A DNA stretch of 64,000 nt from the NCBI GenBank assembly GCA_002897695.1, contig BDTG01000043.1:7934-71933 (forward strand). Reading direction: 5' to 3'. This stretch comes from a bacterium BMS3Abin14 (lineage in GTDB: Bacteria; BMS3Abin14). Shown here piece after piece: positions 26,992-37,810 of this stretch. Every line of letters begins with the position of its first letter. Position 1 is the first letter of the stretch. The notes below the pieces were generated by a model. It had not been told where the DNA came from and made no database searches. It was given only the letters and a program-made list of their open reading frames with translations. The translations under genes and the position numbers were made by a program.

Positions 26992-27717
26992 GTGCCGCCA
27001 ATGAATCGGGAGATCGGGGAACATCTGAGGCTTCTCAGGGAAGAGTCCGGGGTGGACCTGCATTCTCTGGCCGCACGAACCAGGATCGGCGTAAGGCAGC
27101 TCAAAGCCCTGGAAAACGGTGATTTCGAGTACCTTTCCGGTACCGTTTTCGTCCGTGGGTACATCCGTAATATCTGTTCCGAACTCAATCACAGCCCCCG
27201 GAAACTTCTCAAAATGCTGGATGAGACGCTTCTTGAGGACGAACCCGAAGAACTGCCGGCCCCCACCGGCGGCGCCAGGAGAGTATTGCTGCCGGTAGCA
27301 GTTGCTTCCGCCATTTTCCTGGCCCTTTTGGTCGGGAGCTATCTGCTCCATGGGGGAAAGGGTGAGGTTCGGCCTGCGGACGGGAACAGGCAGGGGAAGA
27401 TTGCGGCCACTGCCGGCCTCCTGCCGATGGAAACCGATGAACGGGCTCTGAGCAATGCTGATGCCTTCCTTTACCTTGACCTCGTTGTCAACGCTGTCGA
27501 AAAGACCTGGCTCAGGATTAGCACTGACGGGTCCGAACCCTGGGAGACCACGATGAAACCCGGTGACGTTGTTCATCTGAAGGCAACAGAGAGCATAGAA
27601 CTGCTTATCGGGAATGCCGGGGGGATATTCTTCGAGCTTAACGGAAAGCGATTTGGCCCGCCCGGGTCCCACGGGCAGGTTATTTCCCATTACCTCATTA
27701 CAAGGGATAATTTATAA
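26992..27717 (+). CDS. rodZ: Cytoskeleton protein RodZ (HTH-XRE, TM, C-terminal DUF4115)
   Basis: N-terminal HTH (…LRLLREESGVDLHSLAARTRIGVRQLKALE…), TM helix, C-terminal RodZ_C-like beta domain. Confidence 0.8.
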   Translation: MPPMNREIGEHLRLLREESGVDLHSLAARTRIGVRQLKALENGDFEYLSGTVFVRGYIRNICSELNHSPRKLLKMLDETLLEDEPEELPAPTGGARRVLLPVAVASAIFLALLVGSYLLHGGKGEVRPADGNRQGKIAATAGLLPMETDERALSNADAFLYLDLVVNAVEKTWLRISTDGSEPWETTMKPGDVVHLKATESIELLIGNAGGIFFELNGKRFGPPGSHGQVISHYLITRDNL

Positions 27718-27770
27718 GAGAAGGTTTGGGAGTTTGAGGTTTGAAGTAAAACCTGGAACCTGTTTTTAAG

Positions 27771-29807
27771 GTGGAATCTGAATTGTCTGTCGAAAAATTG
27801 CGAAACATAGGGGTGATTGCCCACATAGATGCGGGCAAGACCACCACGACGGAGCGAATCCTTTTTTATACCGGCAAGATACACCGTATGGGTGAGGTTG
27901 ATAATGGGACTGCCCAGATGGATTGGATGCCGCAGGAGCAGGAGCGTGGTATAACCATTACCTCTGCCGCGACAACCTGCCGATGGCGGGATTTTTTCAT
28001 CAATATCATCGACACACCCGGCCATGTTGATTTTACTGCCGAAGTTGAGAGGTCTCTCCGCGTCCTTGACGGCGCCGTGGTAATTTTTTGTGCGGTTGCA
28101 GGTGTTCAGCCGCAATCCGAAAAGGTCTGGAGACAGGCTGATAAATACCATGTTCCACGTATAGTATTTGTTAATAAATTGGACCGTATAGGGGCGAATC
28201 ATGATAAAACACTTGAAGACATGAAATCCATCCTCGACGCTGCGCCCCTTCCGTTGCAGATGCCCGTCGGTGAAGAATCCCTCTTCTCCGGCGTGGTGGA
28301 TCTTCTTTCCATGGAACTCATTACCTGGGGCGAGGGAACTGCGGACCCCATTAAATCCCCGGTGCCCGAGGAGCTGAAGGAAGAAGCTTCCCTGTGGAGA
28401 GATTCCCTTCTGGAACTTCTTTCCGAGTCCGATGAGAGGGTGATGGAACTTTTTCTGGATGGAGAGGATGTGCCCGCCGAACTGGTGATGGAGGCGGTTC
28501 GCAGCGGGACCCTCAGGAGGGAATTCTACCCCGTCCTGTTCGGATCTTCCCTGAGGAACAAGGGTATTCAGCCGCTGCTCGACGCCATCGTTGATTATCT
28601 TCCGTCCCCTCGGGACCTTCCGGCCGTGTCGGGAAGCTGGAAGGGCGAGAAAATTTTCCGGGCGCCTGACCCCGACGAACCGTTCAGCGCCCTTATGTTC
28701 AAGATCATGACCTATTCGGGAAGACCCAACCTCCACTACGTCAGGGTATATTCCGGGAGCCGCCGGTTCGGTGAAAAGATGTTCAATGCCAGATCCGGTA
28801 AGGTGGAGAGAGCCCTGAAAATTCTCCGAATGCACGCTAACCGCAGGGAGGAGATACGACGAATGGATGCTGGAGACATCGTTGCGTTGGTTGGGCTCAA
28901 AGACGTCCGTTCAGGGGACACGCTGTGCGATGAACAGGCTCCCATCGTCCTTGAGGAACTCTCCTTTCCGGAGCCGGTCATATTTATCGCCATTGAGCCG
29001 AAAAGCGCCAAAGACCAGGAGAGGATGATGGAGGTCCTGGCCTTGCTGGCCAGGGAGGACCCCAGTTTCGTGGTCAAGGTGGATGAGGAAACAGGCCAGG
29101 TCATACTCAGCGGCATGGGCGAGCTTCACCTTGAGGTGCTTGTCGACAGGCTTTTTCGGGATTTCAAGGTCGAAGGGCGGGTGGGCAGGCCCCAGGTGTC
29201 GTATCGCGAGACCATCACCGGGCAGGTCACGGCTCAGGAGAGGTTCGCCAGGGAAATAGCGGGAAAAGAACATGAGGTGTCCTTAACTCTCATGCTTGAA
29301 CCGCTGCCGCATGGTGGGAAAGTCCATTACGTAGATGTCTGCCCGGACGATAGTATCCCGGTCTCTTTCAAGGATATTGTCGCTCAGAGCATCAGCGATG
29401 CGGCGTCCAGCGGAGCCCTGGCCGGATATCCGGTGATTGACATCCAGGCAACCTTGCTGGATTGTGCCTACAACCCCGAGCGTTCCACCGACATTGCCTT
29501 CCGCGCCGCCGCCGTCAACGCCTTCAACAGGTGTTTAAGAGAGGGCGCCCCGGTACTTCTGGAGCCGGTCATGTCGGTGGAGGTTGAAACGCCGGAAGAA
29601 TTTACGGGTGATGTAATGGGAAGCCTCAATGCCAGGCGTGCGGTGATCCAGGGAACGGACAGGCATTGTAATGTGGAGGTTGTAAGGGCAAAGGTGCCCC
29701 TCAAGGAGATGTTCGGATACACTACATCCCTGAGGTCGGTCACCCAGGGGAGGGGTGTGTTTTCCATGGAATTGTCGCACTATGATCCGGTGGAGAAGGA
29801 ATCGTGA
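27771..29807 (+). CDS. Elongation factor G paralog (EF-G2-like translational GTPase)
   Basis: G domain AHIDAGKTT…DTPGHVDF…NKLD and EF-G domains II-V; 678 aa, shorter than canonical FusA; not in a str operon context. Confidence 0.85.
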   Translation: MESELSVEKLRNIGVIAHIDAGKTTTTERILFYTGKIHRMGEVDNGTAQMDWMPQEQERGITITSAATTCRWRDFFINIIDTPGHVDFTAEVERSLRVLDGAVVIFCAVAGVQPQSEKVWRQADKYHVPRIVFVNKLDRIGANHDKTLEDMKSILDAAPLPLQMPVGEESLFSGVVDLLSMELITWGEGTADPIKSPVPEELKEEASLWRDSLLELLSESDERVMELFLDGEDVPAELVMEAVRSGTLRREFYPVLFGSSLRNKGIQPLLDAIVDYLPSPRDLPAVSGSWKGEKIFRAPDPDEPFSALMFKIMTYSGRPNLHYVRVYSGSRRFGEKMFNARSGKVERALKILRMHANRREEIRRMDAGDIVALVGLKDVRSGDTLCDEQAPIVLEELSFPEPVIFIAIEPKSAKDQERMMEVLALLAREDPSFVVKVDEETGQVILSGMGELHLEVLVDRLFRDFKVEGRVGRPQVSYRETITGQVTAQERFAREIAGKEHEVSLTLMLEPLPHGGKVHYVDVCPDDSIPVSFKDIVAQSISDAASSGALAGYPVIDIQATLLDCAYNPERSTDIAFRAAAVNAFNRCLREGAPVLLEPVMSVEVETPEEFTGDVMGSLNARRAVIQGTDRHCNVEVVRAKVPLKEMFGYTTSLRSVTQGRGVFSMELSHYDPVEKES

Positions 29808-30616
29808 CGTTCGTCGTGTTCACAGATCTGGACGGCACACTCCTTGACCATCGCACCTACGGTTTCAGAATGGCCCTGCCTGCTCTTGACATGCTCCTCA
29901 GGAGAAATGTCCCTGTTGTGCCGGTCACCAGCAAGACCTCAGACGAGGTGCGTTGGTGGATGGGTATCCTCGGGCTCAAAGGACCCTTTGCCTACGAAAA
30001 TGGCAGCGGAATCATCATCCCCGAAGGCTACTTCCCCGGAAAAATCAAGGGGGCTTCCGGTCAGAAGGGCGGGCTGAGGATTTCCACCGGCAGGGAGATC
30101 GGTGATGTGCGAAATGCCTTGAGGAATATTGCCGTTGAGCTTGGGTTGTCCATCCGGGCCTACGGTGACATGTCAAGCGACGAAATTACGGCGGCTACGG
30201 GCCTGCAGGGTAAGGAGTTGGAGAACAGCAAAAGGCGTGAATTCGACGAGCCATTCCTCGTAAATGGGGACTATGACCACGACGATTTCGTTAATGCCGC
30301 AGCGGCCAGGGGGATGACAGCTGTCCGCGGCGGTCGTTTTCACCATCTGCTCGGTGATTGTGACAAGGGTAAGGCTGTGCGTTTTCTGATGGATCTCTTC
30401 CGCAGGAAAGACGGAAATGTCATTTCCATTGGAATAGGTGACAGTGAAAATGACATGGGCCTTTTTCAATCTGTGGACCGGCCTTTTCTGGTTCAGCGTC
30501 CGGATGGGACCTACTCCTCCGGAATTCCGGAGGATGAGGCCGAGAGGGTCGCCGGCCCCGGTCCTGCGGGATGGCGGATGGCCGTAGAAGGGTTTGTCTC
30601 AAATGCAATCAATTGA
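29804..30616 (+). CDS. HAD-IIB hydrolase, mannosyl-3-phosphoglycerate phosphatase (MPGP/YedP) family
   Basis: DxD motif FTDLDGTLL; HAD-IIB C-terminal GDSENDM; GTG start overlaps the EF-G stop (GTGA). Confidence 0.7.
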   Translation: MTFVVFTDLDGTLLDHRTYGFRMALPALDMLLRRNVPVVPVTSKTSDEVRWWMGILGLKGPFAYENGSGIIIPEGYFPGKIKGASGQKGGLRISTGREIGDVRNALRNIAVELGLSIRAYGDMSSDEITAATGLQGKELENSKRREFDEPFLVNGDYDHDDFVNAAAARGMTAVRGGRFHHLLGDCDKGKAVRFLMDLFRRKDGNVISIGIGDSENDMGLFQSVDRPFLVQRPDGTYSSGIPEDEAERVAGPGPAGWRMAVEGFVSNAIN

Positions 30617-31277
30617 GTCCCTGCTGGGGTATAGCTTCCGGGACAAAAGGCTTCTGACCCAGGCCTTAACCCACTCCTCGGCCGTATCCGAGGGCAGGTC
30701 CGATGGCCCGGACTATCAGCGGTTGGAGTTCCTTGGTGACGCGGTCCTTCAGCTTGTCGTCTCCCAGGTTCTCATGTCTCGTTACCCACAGCGGAGTGAG
30801 GGGGACCTCAGCTTCATCAGGTCGGAAATTGTCAGGAAAGAGACCGTGGCCGACAGGGGTGAAAAGATAGGGATACTCGATCACGTAATAACGGGGGCAA
30901 GCCTCGCATCCGCCGAAAATGCAGCTTTCCGGACACTGGCGGCCGAGACCGTGGAAGCCCTCCTCGGGGCAGTTTTTCTGGACGGTGGTTGGGATGCCGC
31001 CAGGGGTGTGACCATTCTGGTCCTGGGGGACCTGCCGAATCCGGGGGATGGCCTGAAAGGGGCTAAATCCCATCTGCAGGAGATTATCCAGAGCCGTTTC
31101 GATGGAGATGTCCCCACCTACACGGTTGAGGAGGTAAACCGCGGAGTCCCGGAGAACAGGTTTCGGGCCGCGGTTTTCCATGCGAAAAGGCTTCTCGGCA
31201 CGGGTTTAGGGAGGAGCAAGAAGAGGGCTGAGGAATCGGCGGCCGAAAAGGCCCTCAGAAAGTTGAAAAAGCCATGA
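30594..31277 (+). CDS. rnc: Ribonuclease III
   Basis: RNase III signature ERLEFLGDAVL; C-terminal dsRBD. Confidence 0.9.
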   Translation: MSQMQSIESLLGYSFRDKRLLTQALTHSSAVSEGRSDGPDYQRLEFLGDAVLQLVVSQVLMSRYPQRSEGDLSFIRSEIVRKETVADRGEKIGILDHVITGASLASAENAAFRTLAAETVEALLGAVFLDGGWDAARGVTILVLGDLPNPGDGLKGAKSHLQEIIQSRFDGDVPTYTVEEVNRGVPENRFRAAVFHAKRLLGTGLGRSKKRAEESAAEKALRKLKKP

Positions 31278-31329
31278 GATGCCGTTGTCGGGAGCGCAAG
31301 CGCTGCAGCAGTTTTCCGCCGGGTTTTTC

Positions 31330-32223
31330 ATGGTAGCCGCATATAAGTCGGGTTTTGTCGGTATCCTGGGCAGGCCGAATGTCGGGAAGTCTACCCTCCT
31401 CAACACCCTTTGCGGGGAGAAACTCGCCATCATATCGGCCAAGCCGCAGACAACCCGGAATCGCATCCTCGGGGTCCTGCACGGCTCCGGTTTCCAGGTC
31501 GTTTTTCTTGACACACCCGGGATGCATGAGTTCGGAAAAGCGCTGAACCGGTACATGCGCAGGGTTATCGAAGGTGTGGTAAAGGACGTGGACACCGTGA
31601 TTTACATGGTGGATGCGACCCGTGAACAGGGCCGGGAGGATGCACTCGCGTTGGACCTGATCCCCGCAGGGACGGACAAACCGGTCATTCTGGTGGTCAA
31701 CAAGATGGATCAGGCGGGGGAGAGAAAGACCGGAGAACGCGTCAAATTGCTGGAGGATGCCTATCCGTTCAGCGGCATTTTCCCCGTGAGCGCCCTGAAG
31801 GGCACAGGCGTAAACCACCTGCGAGAGCAAATCATTGAGGACCTGCCGGAGGGGGTCCCGTATTTTCCGGAGGATATGGTTACCGACCAGCCCCTGGACT
31901 TCAGGTTGGCGGAGATCATCAGGGAAAAACTGTTTGACCTGACCGGGCAGGAAGTTCCCTACGCCACGGCTGTTGTTGTAGAGGAGCTGTCACCCCGGGA
32001 CGACGGTCTGCTCGAGGTTTCCGGTATGATCTTCGTCGAGAGGGAGACACAGAAGGGCATTATTATCGGCAAGGGCGGAAGGATGATCAAGGATGTAGGC
32101 CAGGCCGCTCGCCTTGACATGGAAGAATGGCTGGGCCGAAAAATATACCTGGCCCTGCGGGTCAAGGTCAAGAAGAGATGGACCGACAGGGAAGGGCTTC
32201 TAAGACATCTTGGTTACAGATAA
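31330..32223 (+). CDS. era: GTPase Era
   Basis: G1 GRPNVGKST, G3 DTPG, G4 NKMD, C-terminal KH domain; rnc-era-recO synteny. ATG 31330 preferred over 31279. Confidence 0.9.
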   Translation: MVAAYKSGFVGILGRPNVGKSTLLNTLCGEKLAIISAKPQTTRNRILGVLHGSGFQVVFLDTPGMHEFGKALNRYMRRVIEGVVKDVDTVIYMVDATREQGREDALALDLIPAGTDKPVILVVNKMDQAGERKTGERVKLLEDAYPFSGIFPVSALKGTGVNHLREQIIEDLPEGVPYFPEDMVTDQPLDFRLAEIIREKLFDLTGQEVPYATAVVVEELSPRDDGLLEVSGMIFVERETQKGIIIGKGGRMIKDVGQAARLDMEEWLGRKIYLALRVKVKKRWTDREGLLRHLGYR

Positions 32224-32259
32224 ATTATCGGCGGAAAACCGCCCGGGAGAGGGTGAAAG

Positions 32260-33612
32260 ATGTATATCAGCAAGATCGATACCCTGATTGACAGCATCAG
32301 AAAACTCGTCAGGCGTGGAGCCAACCAGAACGTGAAGAAGATCATCGAGAAGATGCACGCCGCCGACGTGGCCTATATTTTCAGATACCTTAACGATAAC
32401 GAACAGTCGGTGATCTTCGGCCTTATTGACGATCCCGAGACCTCATCCGAGCTCCTCAGCCAGCTGGATACGCCCGCGAGTGCCAATATCCTCACACGTA
32501 TCGGGGCTCAAGGGGCTGCTGTCCTTCTCAAAACAATGGATCCTGACGATGAGGTGAGCGTTCTCGAGGAAGTGAACGAGGATGTCCGTGAAGAAATACT
32601 GAGCTTCATGTCCACCTCCCACAGCGAGAGGGTGGAGGAGCTGTTCCAATATCCTGAGGACAGCGCCGGGCGAATCATGAATACGAATCAGTTCGTGCTC
32701 TTTGAGGACGTGACTGTGTCTGATGCCATCGGAGATCTTCAGCGAAAGGGCGCCGACTCGACCGAGATGGTCTTTTATCTTTACGTGATCGATAAACGCA
32801 ATCATCTTGTGGGGGTTTCCTCCCTGAGGCAATTGCTCCTTGTCCCTCCGGAAACCGCAATCAAGAGTGTGATGACGCAGGATGTGGTCAGTGTGAAGCC
32901 GGAGACCGACCAGGAGGAGGTTGCGAGAGTTGTTGAGCGGTACGATCTGCTGGCTGTCCCGGTGGTTGACCATGAGAACAAGCTCCTGGGGATCGTTACG
33001 GTCGACGATGTCATCGATGTTATCCGGGAGGAGGCCACCGAGGATATCCTGAAGATGGCGGGCACGGGTGATGAGTACCTGTCCAGGTCCATTTTCCGGC
33101 GTGCAAGAATGAGGTTCCCATGGCTACTGGCGGCTTTCGTAGGCGAGGGTATCGGTATCCAGTTCATGCACTTTTTCCACGGGACCCTTGAACAGATTAT
33201 CGCTCTGGCCAACTTCCTCCCCATTATCCTGGCCATGGGGGGCAATATCGGCAGTACTTCCGTCACCATCGTTGTTCGCGGGCTTGCCACCGGCCGTCTG
33301 AATGTTAAAGAATTGGGAAAGGTTATTCTGAAGGAGTTGGGGGTTGCGCTGATTCTCGGTGGGATTTACGGAGTCCTGCTCCTGGCCCTTGTTTATATCC
33401 AGTTTGGCGATATCAGCTATCTCGGTTTTGTGGTTGGATCCAGCCTTCTGATCTCCATGCTCATGGCCGCTGCCGTCGGTACCCTGATGCCGATCATCCT
33501 GCACCTGTCCGGGGTTGATCCGGCGGTAGCCACCGGTCCTTTCGTCACCAGCACCATAGACAGTCTCGGAATTCTCGTTTATCTGGGAATGGCAACTCTG
33601 GTGCTGATATAG
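32260..33612 (+). CDS. mgtE: Magnesium transporter MgtE
   Basis: N domain, two CBS domains, five C-terminal TM helices. Confidence 0.9.
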   Translation: MYISKIDTLIDSIRKLVRRGANQNVKKIIEKMHAADVAYIFRYLNDNEQSVIFGLIDDPETSSELLSQLDTPASANILTRIGAQGAAVLLKTMDPDDEVSVLEEVNEDVREEILSFMSTSHSERVEELFQYPEDSAGRIMNTNQFVLFEDVTVSDAIGDLQRKGADSTEMVFYLYVIDKRNHLVGVSSLRQLLLVPPETAIKSVMTQDVVSVKPETDQEEVARVVERYDLLAVPVVDHENKLLGIVTVDDVIDVIREEATEDILKMAGTGDEYLSRSIFRRARMRFPWLLAAFVGEGIGIQFMHFFHGTLEQIIALANFLPIILAMGGNIGSTSVTIVVRGLATGRLNVKELGKVILKELGVALILGGIYGVLLLALVYIQFGDISYLGFVVGSSLLISMLMAAAVGTLMPIILHLSGVDPAVATGPFVTSTIDSLGILVYLGMATLVLI

Positions 33613-33621
33613 GGTAACTGA

Positions 33622-34374
33622 ATGGGCAATATCCACCAGACAGATGCCATAGTGCTATCGCGGACCAAGGTCGGAGAGGAGGATAGCATCCTCACCTTTC
33701 TCACCAGGGATTTCGGACTGTTGAGGGCGGCTGCCGGTGGCGCAAGGAGCCTGAAAAGAGGGCAGACCGGGCGTCTGGACCTTTTCGTCCTCAGCAACAT
33801 CCGGTTTTACGTTTCGGATAAACCGGAAAAACTGTGCCGAATCCGTGCGATTGATGTTGTGGAACCCTACCTGGGGATCAGGGAGGATTTTAAGCGGCTT
33901 TGTGTGGCTTCCGCCATGGCCGAACTGGCTGCACACTGTGTCCAGGAGGGCGACCCTGTTCCCGCCGTTTTTGAACTCCTGTCAGCCTGTCTGGGCCTGC
34001 TTGGCGACGGAGTGGCCCCTATGCGTGTGCTCCTCATCTTCGAGATGAGGTTTCTGAAGGAACTTGGACTGGCCCCTGAACTGTCCAGATGCCTGATCTG
34101 TGGAAAAGAGATTACGGGAAAGTCATTCATCAGCCCCCCAAAGGGCGGACTTCTTCACCCGGAATGCTCGTCTGGAGGAGAAGATGAGGAACTCACATCG
34201 GGGGATCTGGCAACCCTCCGCTTTATCGCCGGTAAATCAATGAGTTCCATCGGCAGGTTGTCCATAACGGATGGTTCGGCGGGTAGAATATGTGCGGAAC
34301 TGAACCGTTTTTCGGCACACCATCTCGGGTTTGAGGCGAAAGCGCTCAGGGTCTTACTGCAGAACGTGCCATAA
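33622..34374 (+). CDS. recO: DNA repair protein RecO
   Basis: N-terminal OB fold, zinc-binding CxxC…C region (CLICGKE…HPEC). Confidence 0.85.
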   Translation: MGNIHQTDAIVLSRTKVGEEDSILTFLTRDFGLLRAAAGGARSLKRGQTGRLDLFVLSNIRFYVSDKPEKLCRIRAIDVVEPYLGIREDFKRLCVASAMAELAAHCVQEGDPVPAVFELLSACLGLLGDGVAPMRVLLIFEMRFLKELGLAPELSRCLICGKEITGKSFISPPKGGLLHPECSSGGEDEELTSGDLATLRFIAGKSMSSIGRLSITDGSAGRICAELNRFSAHHLGFEAKALRVLLQNVP

Positions 34375-34521
34375 AACAGTGCATCTCCTTACCCTTCCTC
34401 TCCCTGGAAAACTTGACATCATGGGGCATTAGCGGTTAATTGTCCCACTTGGCAGAAAGAGCTGTAGACTATTTTTACGACCATATCACACATATCACAG
34501 TTGTTTTGAGAGGAATGGGCA

Positions 34522-35433
34522 ATGACGGAGAAAAAATCGTACCAGCAGGTTGTCCTTGACCTTGAGCGGTTCTGGGCCGAAAAAGGCTGCGTTATTCAGC
34601 AGCCCTACGACCTGGAGGTGGGCGCGGGAACCCTTAATCCCGCCACGCTGCTGAGGGTCCTGGGCCCCGAACCATGGAACGTGGCATACGTTGAGCCCTC
34701 CAGGCGTCCAACGGACGGGCGGTACGGGGAAAATCCCAACCGGCTTCAGCATTACTATCAATATCAGGTTATCCTTAAACCATCACCCGACAACATCCAG
34801 GACCTCTATTTAGAGAGCCTTTATGCCCTCGGTATTGATCCCAACCGGCATGATATCCGGTTTGTTGAGGATGACTGGGAGAATCCGACGGTGGGGGCCT
34901 GGGGGCTCGGATGGGAAGTCTGGCTGGATGGGATGGAGATTACCCAGTTTACGTACTTTCAGCAGGCGGGAGGCATCGACCTGAAACCTGTGTGTTCTGA
35001 GCTCACCTACGGGCTTGAACGAATTACAATGTATCTGCAGGGTGTGGACAATGTGTACAATCTGATCTGGACAGACGGTGTGACTTACGGGGACGTCCAT
35101 CACCAGGGGGAGGTGGAGAACTCCACCTACAACTTCGAAACAGCGGACACGGCCATGCTCTTTAATCTGTTTGACATGTACGAGGCCGAATCCCGGAGAA
35201 CCCTCGAAAGGGGTTTGGTCCTGCCCGCCTACGACTACTGTTTGAAGTGTTCCCACACGTTCAACCTGCTGGATGCGCGAGGAGCCATCAGCGTAACTGA
35301 GAGGACAGGTTTTATTCACCGGGTGAGAAATCTCTGCCGGGCCGCCGCCGAGGCCTACGTCGCCCAGCGGGAGGCGATGGGATACCCCCTCATGGGGAAG
35401 AACCTTCTGCCGGAGCAAAAGGGACTGGAGTGA
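34522..35433 (+). CDS. glyQ: Glycine--tRNA ligase alpha subunit
   Basis: 303 aa, highly conserved GlyQ sequence (FQQ…[10 protein letters not shown]…). Confidence 0.95.
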   Translation: MTEKKSYQQVVLDLERFWAEKGCVIQQPYDLEVGAGTLNPATLLRVLGPEPWNVAYVEPSRRPTDGRYGENPNRLQHYYQYQVILKPSPDNIQDLYLESLYALGIDPNRHDIRFVEDDWENPTVGAWGLGWEVWLDGMEITQFTYFQQAGGIDLKPVCSELTYGLERITMYLQGVDNVYNLIWTDGVTYGDVHHQGEVENSTYNFETADTAMLFNLFDMYEAESRRTLERGLVLPAYDYCLKCSHTFNLLDARGAISVTERTGFIHRVRNLCRAAAEAYVAQREAMGYPLMGKNLLPEQKGLE

Positions 35434-35463
35434 CTTCATGTCCAACGTCCAGCGGGGTAGAAC

Positions 35464-35493
35464 AGTCCAGAGTCCAGAGAGAAGAAAGGCGGA
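35464..35493 (+). repeat. (GTCCAGA)2 heptamer repeat in the glyQ-glyS spacer
   Basis: cagtccagagtccagagagaag; a degenerate copy gtccaacgtccagcgg lies at 35439-35454. Confidence 0.65.
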
Positions 35494-35587
35494 CGCGGGG
35501 GACGAAAGGGTGTGGCAGGAGTGGACTCCAGACCCCAAGATCCAGGACCCTGAATGATCGAACTCGAAAACTGTGAGGATTTAATAG

Positions 35588-37657
35588 ATGAATCGTGAGC
35601 TGATTTTGGAGATAGGCACTGAGGAGATCCCTGCAGGCTACCTGCCGCCGGCAATCGAACAGCTCAAGAAGCTGGTAGTCAAGGAGCTGGCAGGACAGCG
35701 CCTTTCCCACGGAGATGTCGCTGTTTACGCGACGCCCAGGCGCCTTGCGTTGATAGTTCAGGGTGTATCCGAAAGGCAGGATGCAAACGTAAAGGAGGTC
35801 CTTGGACCGGCCCGGGGTGTGGCATTTGGTGATGACGGCAAGCCCACCAGGGCGGCGGAGGGGTTCGCCCGGGGTCAGGGAGTGGCGGTTGGGGATCTGA
35901 AGATCATTGATACACCCAGGGGCGAGTACGTCGCGGCCGTAAAGGAGGAGACCAGCGCACCTGCCATGGAGATCCTTCCCCAGATGATGTCGCGAATGAT
36001 CACCTCTCTTCACTTTCCCAAATATCAGCGCTGGGGGTACGGGAATCTGAGATTTCCAAGACCCATCCGATGGATACTGTGTCTTTTAGGCACCGAGATT
36101 GTTCCCTTTGAACTTGACGGTATCGTTTCCGGACGGAAAACCAGAGGACACAGGTTCCTTTCTCCCGGACCTTTTGAGGTGCCGAATACGGGCGAATACC
36201 TGAAGATCATCAGGAATGCCAATGTCGTCCTGGATCAGGACGAGCGACGGAAGATCATCGAGGCCGGGGTCATCAAAGCCGCGGCCGGTGTCAACGGCGT
36301 CCCCATCGACGCCCCTGAACTGCTGGATGAGGTGACCTTTCTTGTTGAGTATCCAGTAGTGCTGCTCGGATCCTTTGAGGAAAAGTATCTTTCCCTGCCG
36401 TGGGAGGTCCTGATCACCTCCATGGGATCCCACCAGCGGTATTTTGCCGTAATCGACGGCAAGGGAAACCTTCAGCCCAACTTTATTACAGTCAGCAATA
36501 CCAGGACGGACGATGACACCGTGGTCATCAAGGGCAATGAGCGTGTGCTTCGGGCGAGACTGGAGGACGGCATGTTCTTCTTCCAGGAGGACAGGAAAGT
36601 TCCGTTGGAGCAGAGGATCGAGGAGCTCAAGGACGTCGTCTTCCAGGAGAAGCTCGGGACCTCTTTTGAGAAGATGGAGAGGTTCTCGGAAATCGCCCGG
36701 ACCCTCGCGGAGGCTGTGGCGCCCGATCGGGTGGATGAGGTCCTCCAGGTTGCCTATTTGTGCAAAGGGGATCTTGTGACCCAGATGGTGGGTGAGTTTG
36801 CGGACCTTCAGGGGGTTATGGGAAAGGAATACGCCCTGCTCGAAGGCGTCGGGGAAGAGGTCGCGCAGGGTATTGTCGATCACTACCTGCCAAAGACCTC
36901 CGGGGGAAAGACGCCCGGAACTGTCGGCGGGGCGGTGGTCAGTATTGCGGACAGGCTCGATACCGTTTGCGGATGTTTCGGCATCGGGATCACACCCTCT
37001 GGGACAGCCGATCCCTACGGTCTCAGGCGCCATGCCCTTGCCATTATCGCCATCCTAATGGACCAGGGTTGGAGGGTCTCCATATCCGACATGATGGTCC
37101 GTTCCCTGGATCTTCTCCAGGGAAAGATAGATATTCCGTCAGAGGAAGTCACGGCCAGGCTGCATGAGTTCTTCAAGGGGCGGCTGCAGAACCTTTTCAC
37201 CGGAAAAGGCCATCGTTACGATCTGGTGCAGGCTGTTCTCGAGGAGCAGTGGGAGGATCCCGTTGATGCCGCCGCGCGACTGGAGGCGCTTGGAGATTTC
37301 GCACAGCAGGCTGGATTCACCGATCTGATGTTGTCCTTCAAACGGGTTATGAATATCATCCCGGCTGATTTCCGGGGATCCTTGAACCGGGACGTTCTGT
37401 CCGAAAAAGCGGAAAAAGAGCTGCTTGAGGCTGCCGATTCCGTCGGGAACCAGGTGAAAGGCATGCTGGCTGCGGGAGACTATAGTGGCGTTCTTATTGC
37501 CCTGGCCGCACTCAAGGCGCCGGTTGACGGTTTTTTCGACGGAGTCATGGTCATGGACAAGGACCCGGAGGTCAGGGAAAATCGACTCTCCATCCTTGCA
37601 GCAGTTTCCACACTTTTCGAACGGATAGCCGACTTCAGAAAGGTTGTTACTGAATAG
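35588..37657 (+). CDS. glyS: Glycine--tRNA ligase beta subunit
   Basis: 689 aa; GlyS family. Confidence 0.95.
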   Translation: MNRELILEIGTEEIPAGYLPPAIEQLKKLVVKELAGQRLSHGDVAVYATPRRLALIVQGVSERQDANVKEVLGPARGVAFGDDGKPTRAAEGFARGQGVAVGDLKIIDTPRGEYVAAVKEETSAPAMEILPQMMSRMITSLHFPKYQRWGYGNLRFPRPIRWILCLLGTEIVPFELDGIVSGRKTRGHRFLSPGPFEVPNTGEYLKIIRNANVVLDQDERRKIIEAGVIKAAAGVNGVPIDAPELLDEVTFLVEYPVVLLGSFEEKYLSLPWEVLITSMGSHQRYFAVIDGKGNLQPNFITVSNTRTDDDTVVIKGNERVLRARLEDGMFFFQEDRKVPLEQRIEELKDVVFQEKLGTSFEKMERFSEIARTLAEAVAPDRVDEVLQVAYLCKGDLVTQMVGEFADLQGVMGKEYALLEGVGEEVAQGIVDHYLPKTSGGKTPGTVGGAVVSIADRLDTVCGCFGIGITPSGTADPYGLRRHALAIIAILMDQGWRVSISDMMVRSLDLLQGKIDIPSEEVTARLHEFFKGRLQNLFTGKGHRYDLVQAVLEEQWEDPVDAAARLEALGDFAQQAGFTDLMLSFKRVMNIIPADFRGSLNRDVLSEKAEKELLEAADSVGNQVKGMLAAGDYSGVLIALAALKAPVDGFFDGVMVMDKDPEVRENRLSILAAVSTLFERIADFRKVVTE

Positions 37658-37810
37658 CCCGCCATCTCCTGTCGTCCCAAATCGCCAGAATGTTCTTGAC
37701 CGGAATCGTGGAATTGTACCAGAATGGGCCCGGATAGGGTTTTTCGTTCATGAGTCTTGAGGATCTTGTCCGTCTTATTGTTGGTCGAACAGCTGAAGGG
37801 AACTGGGAGA

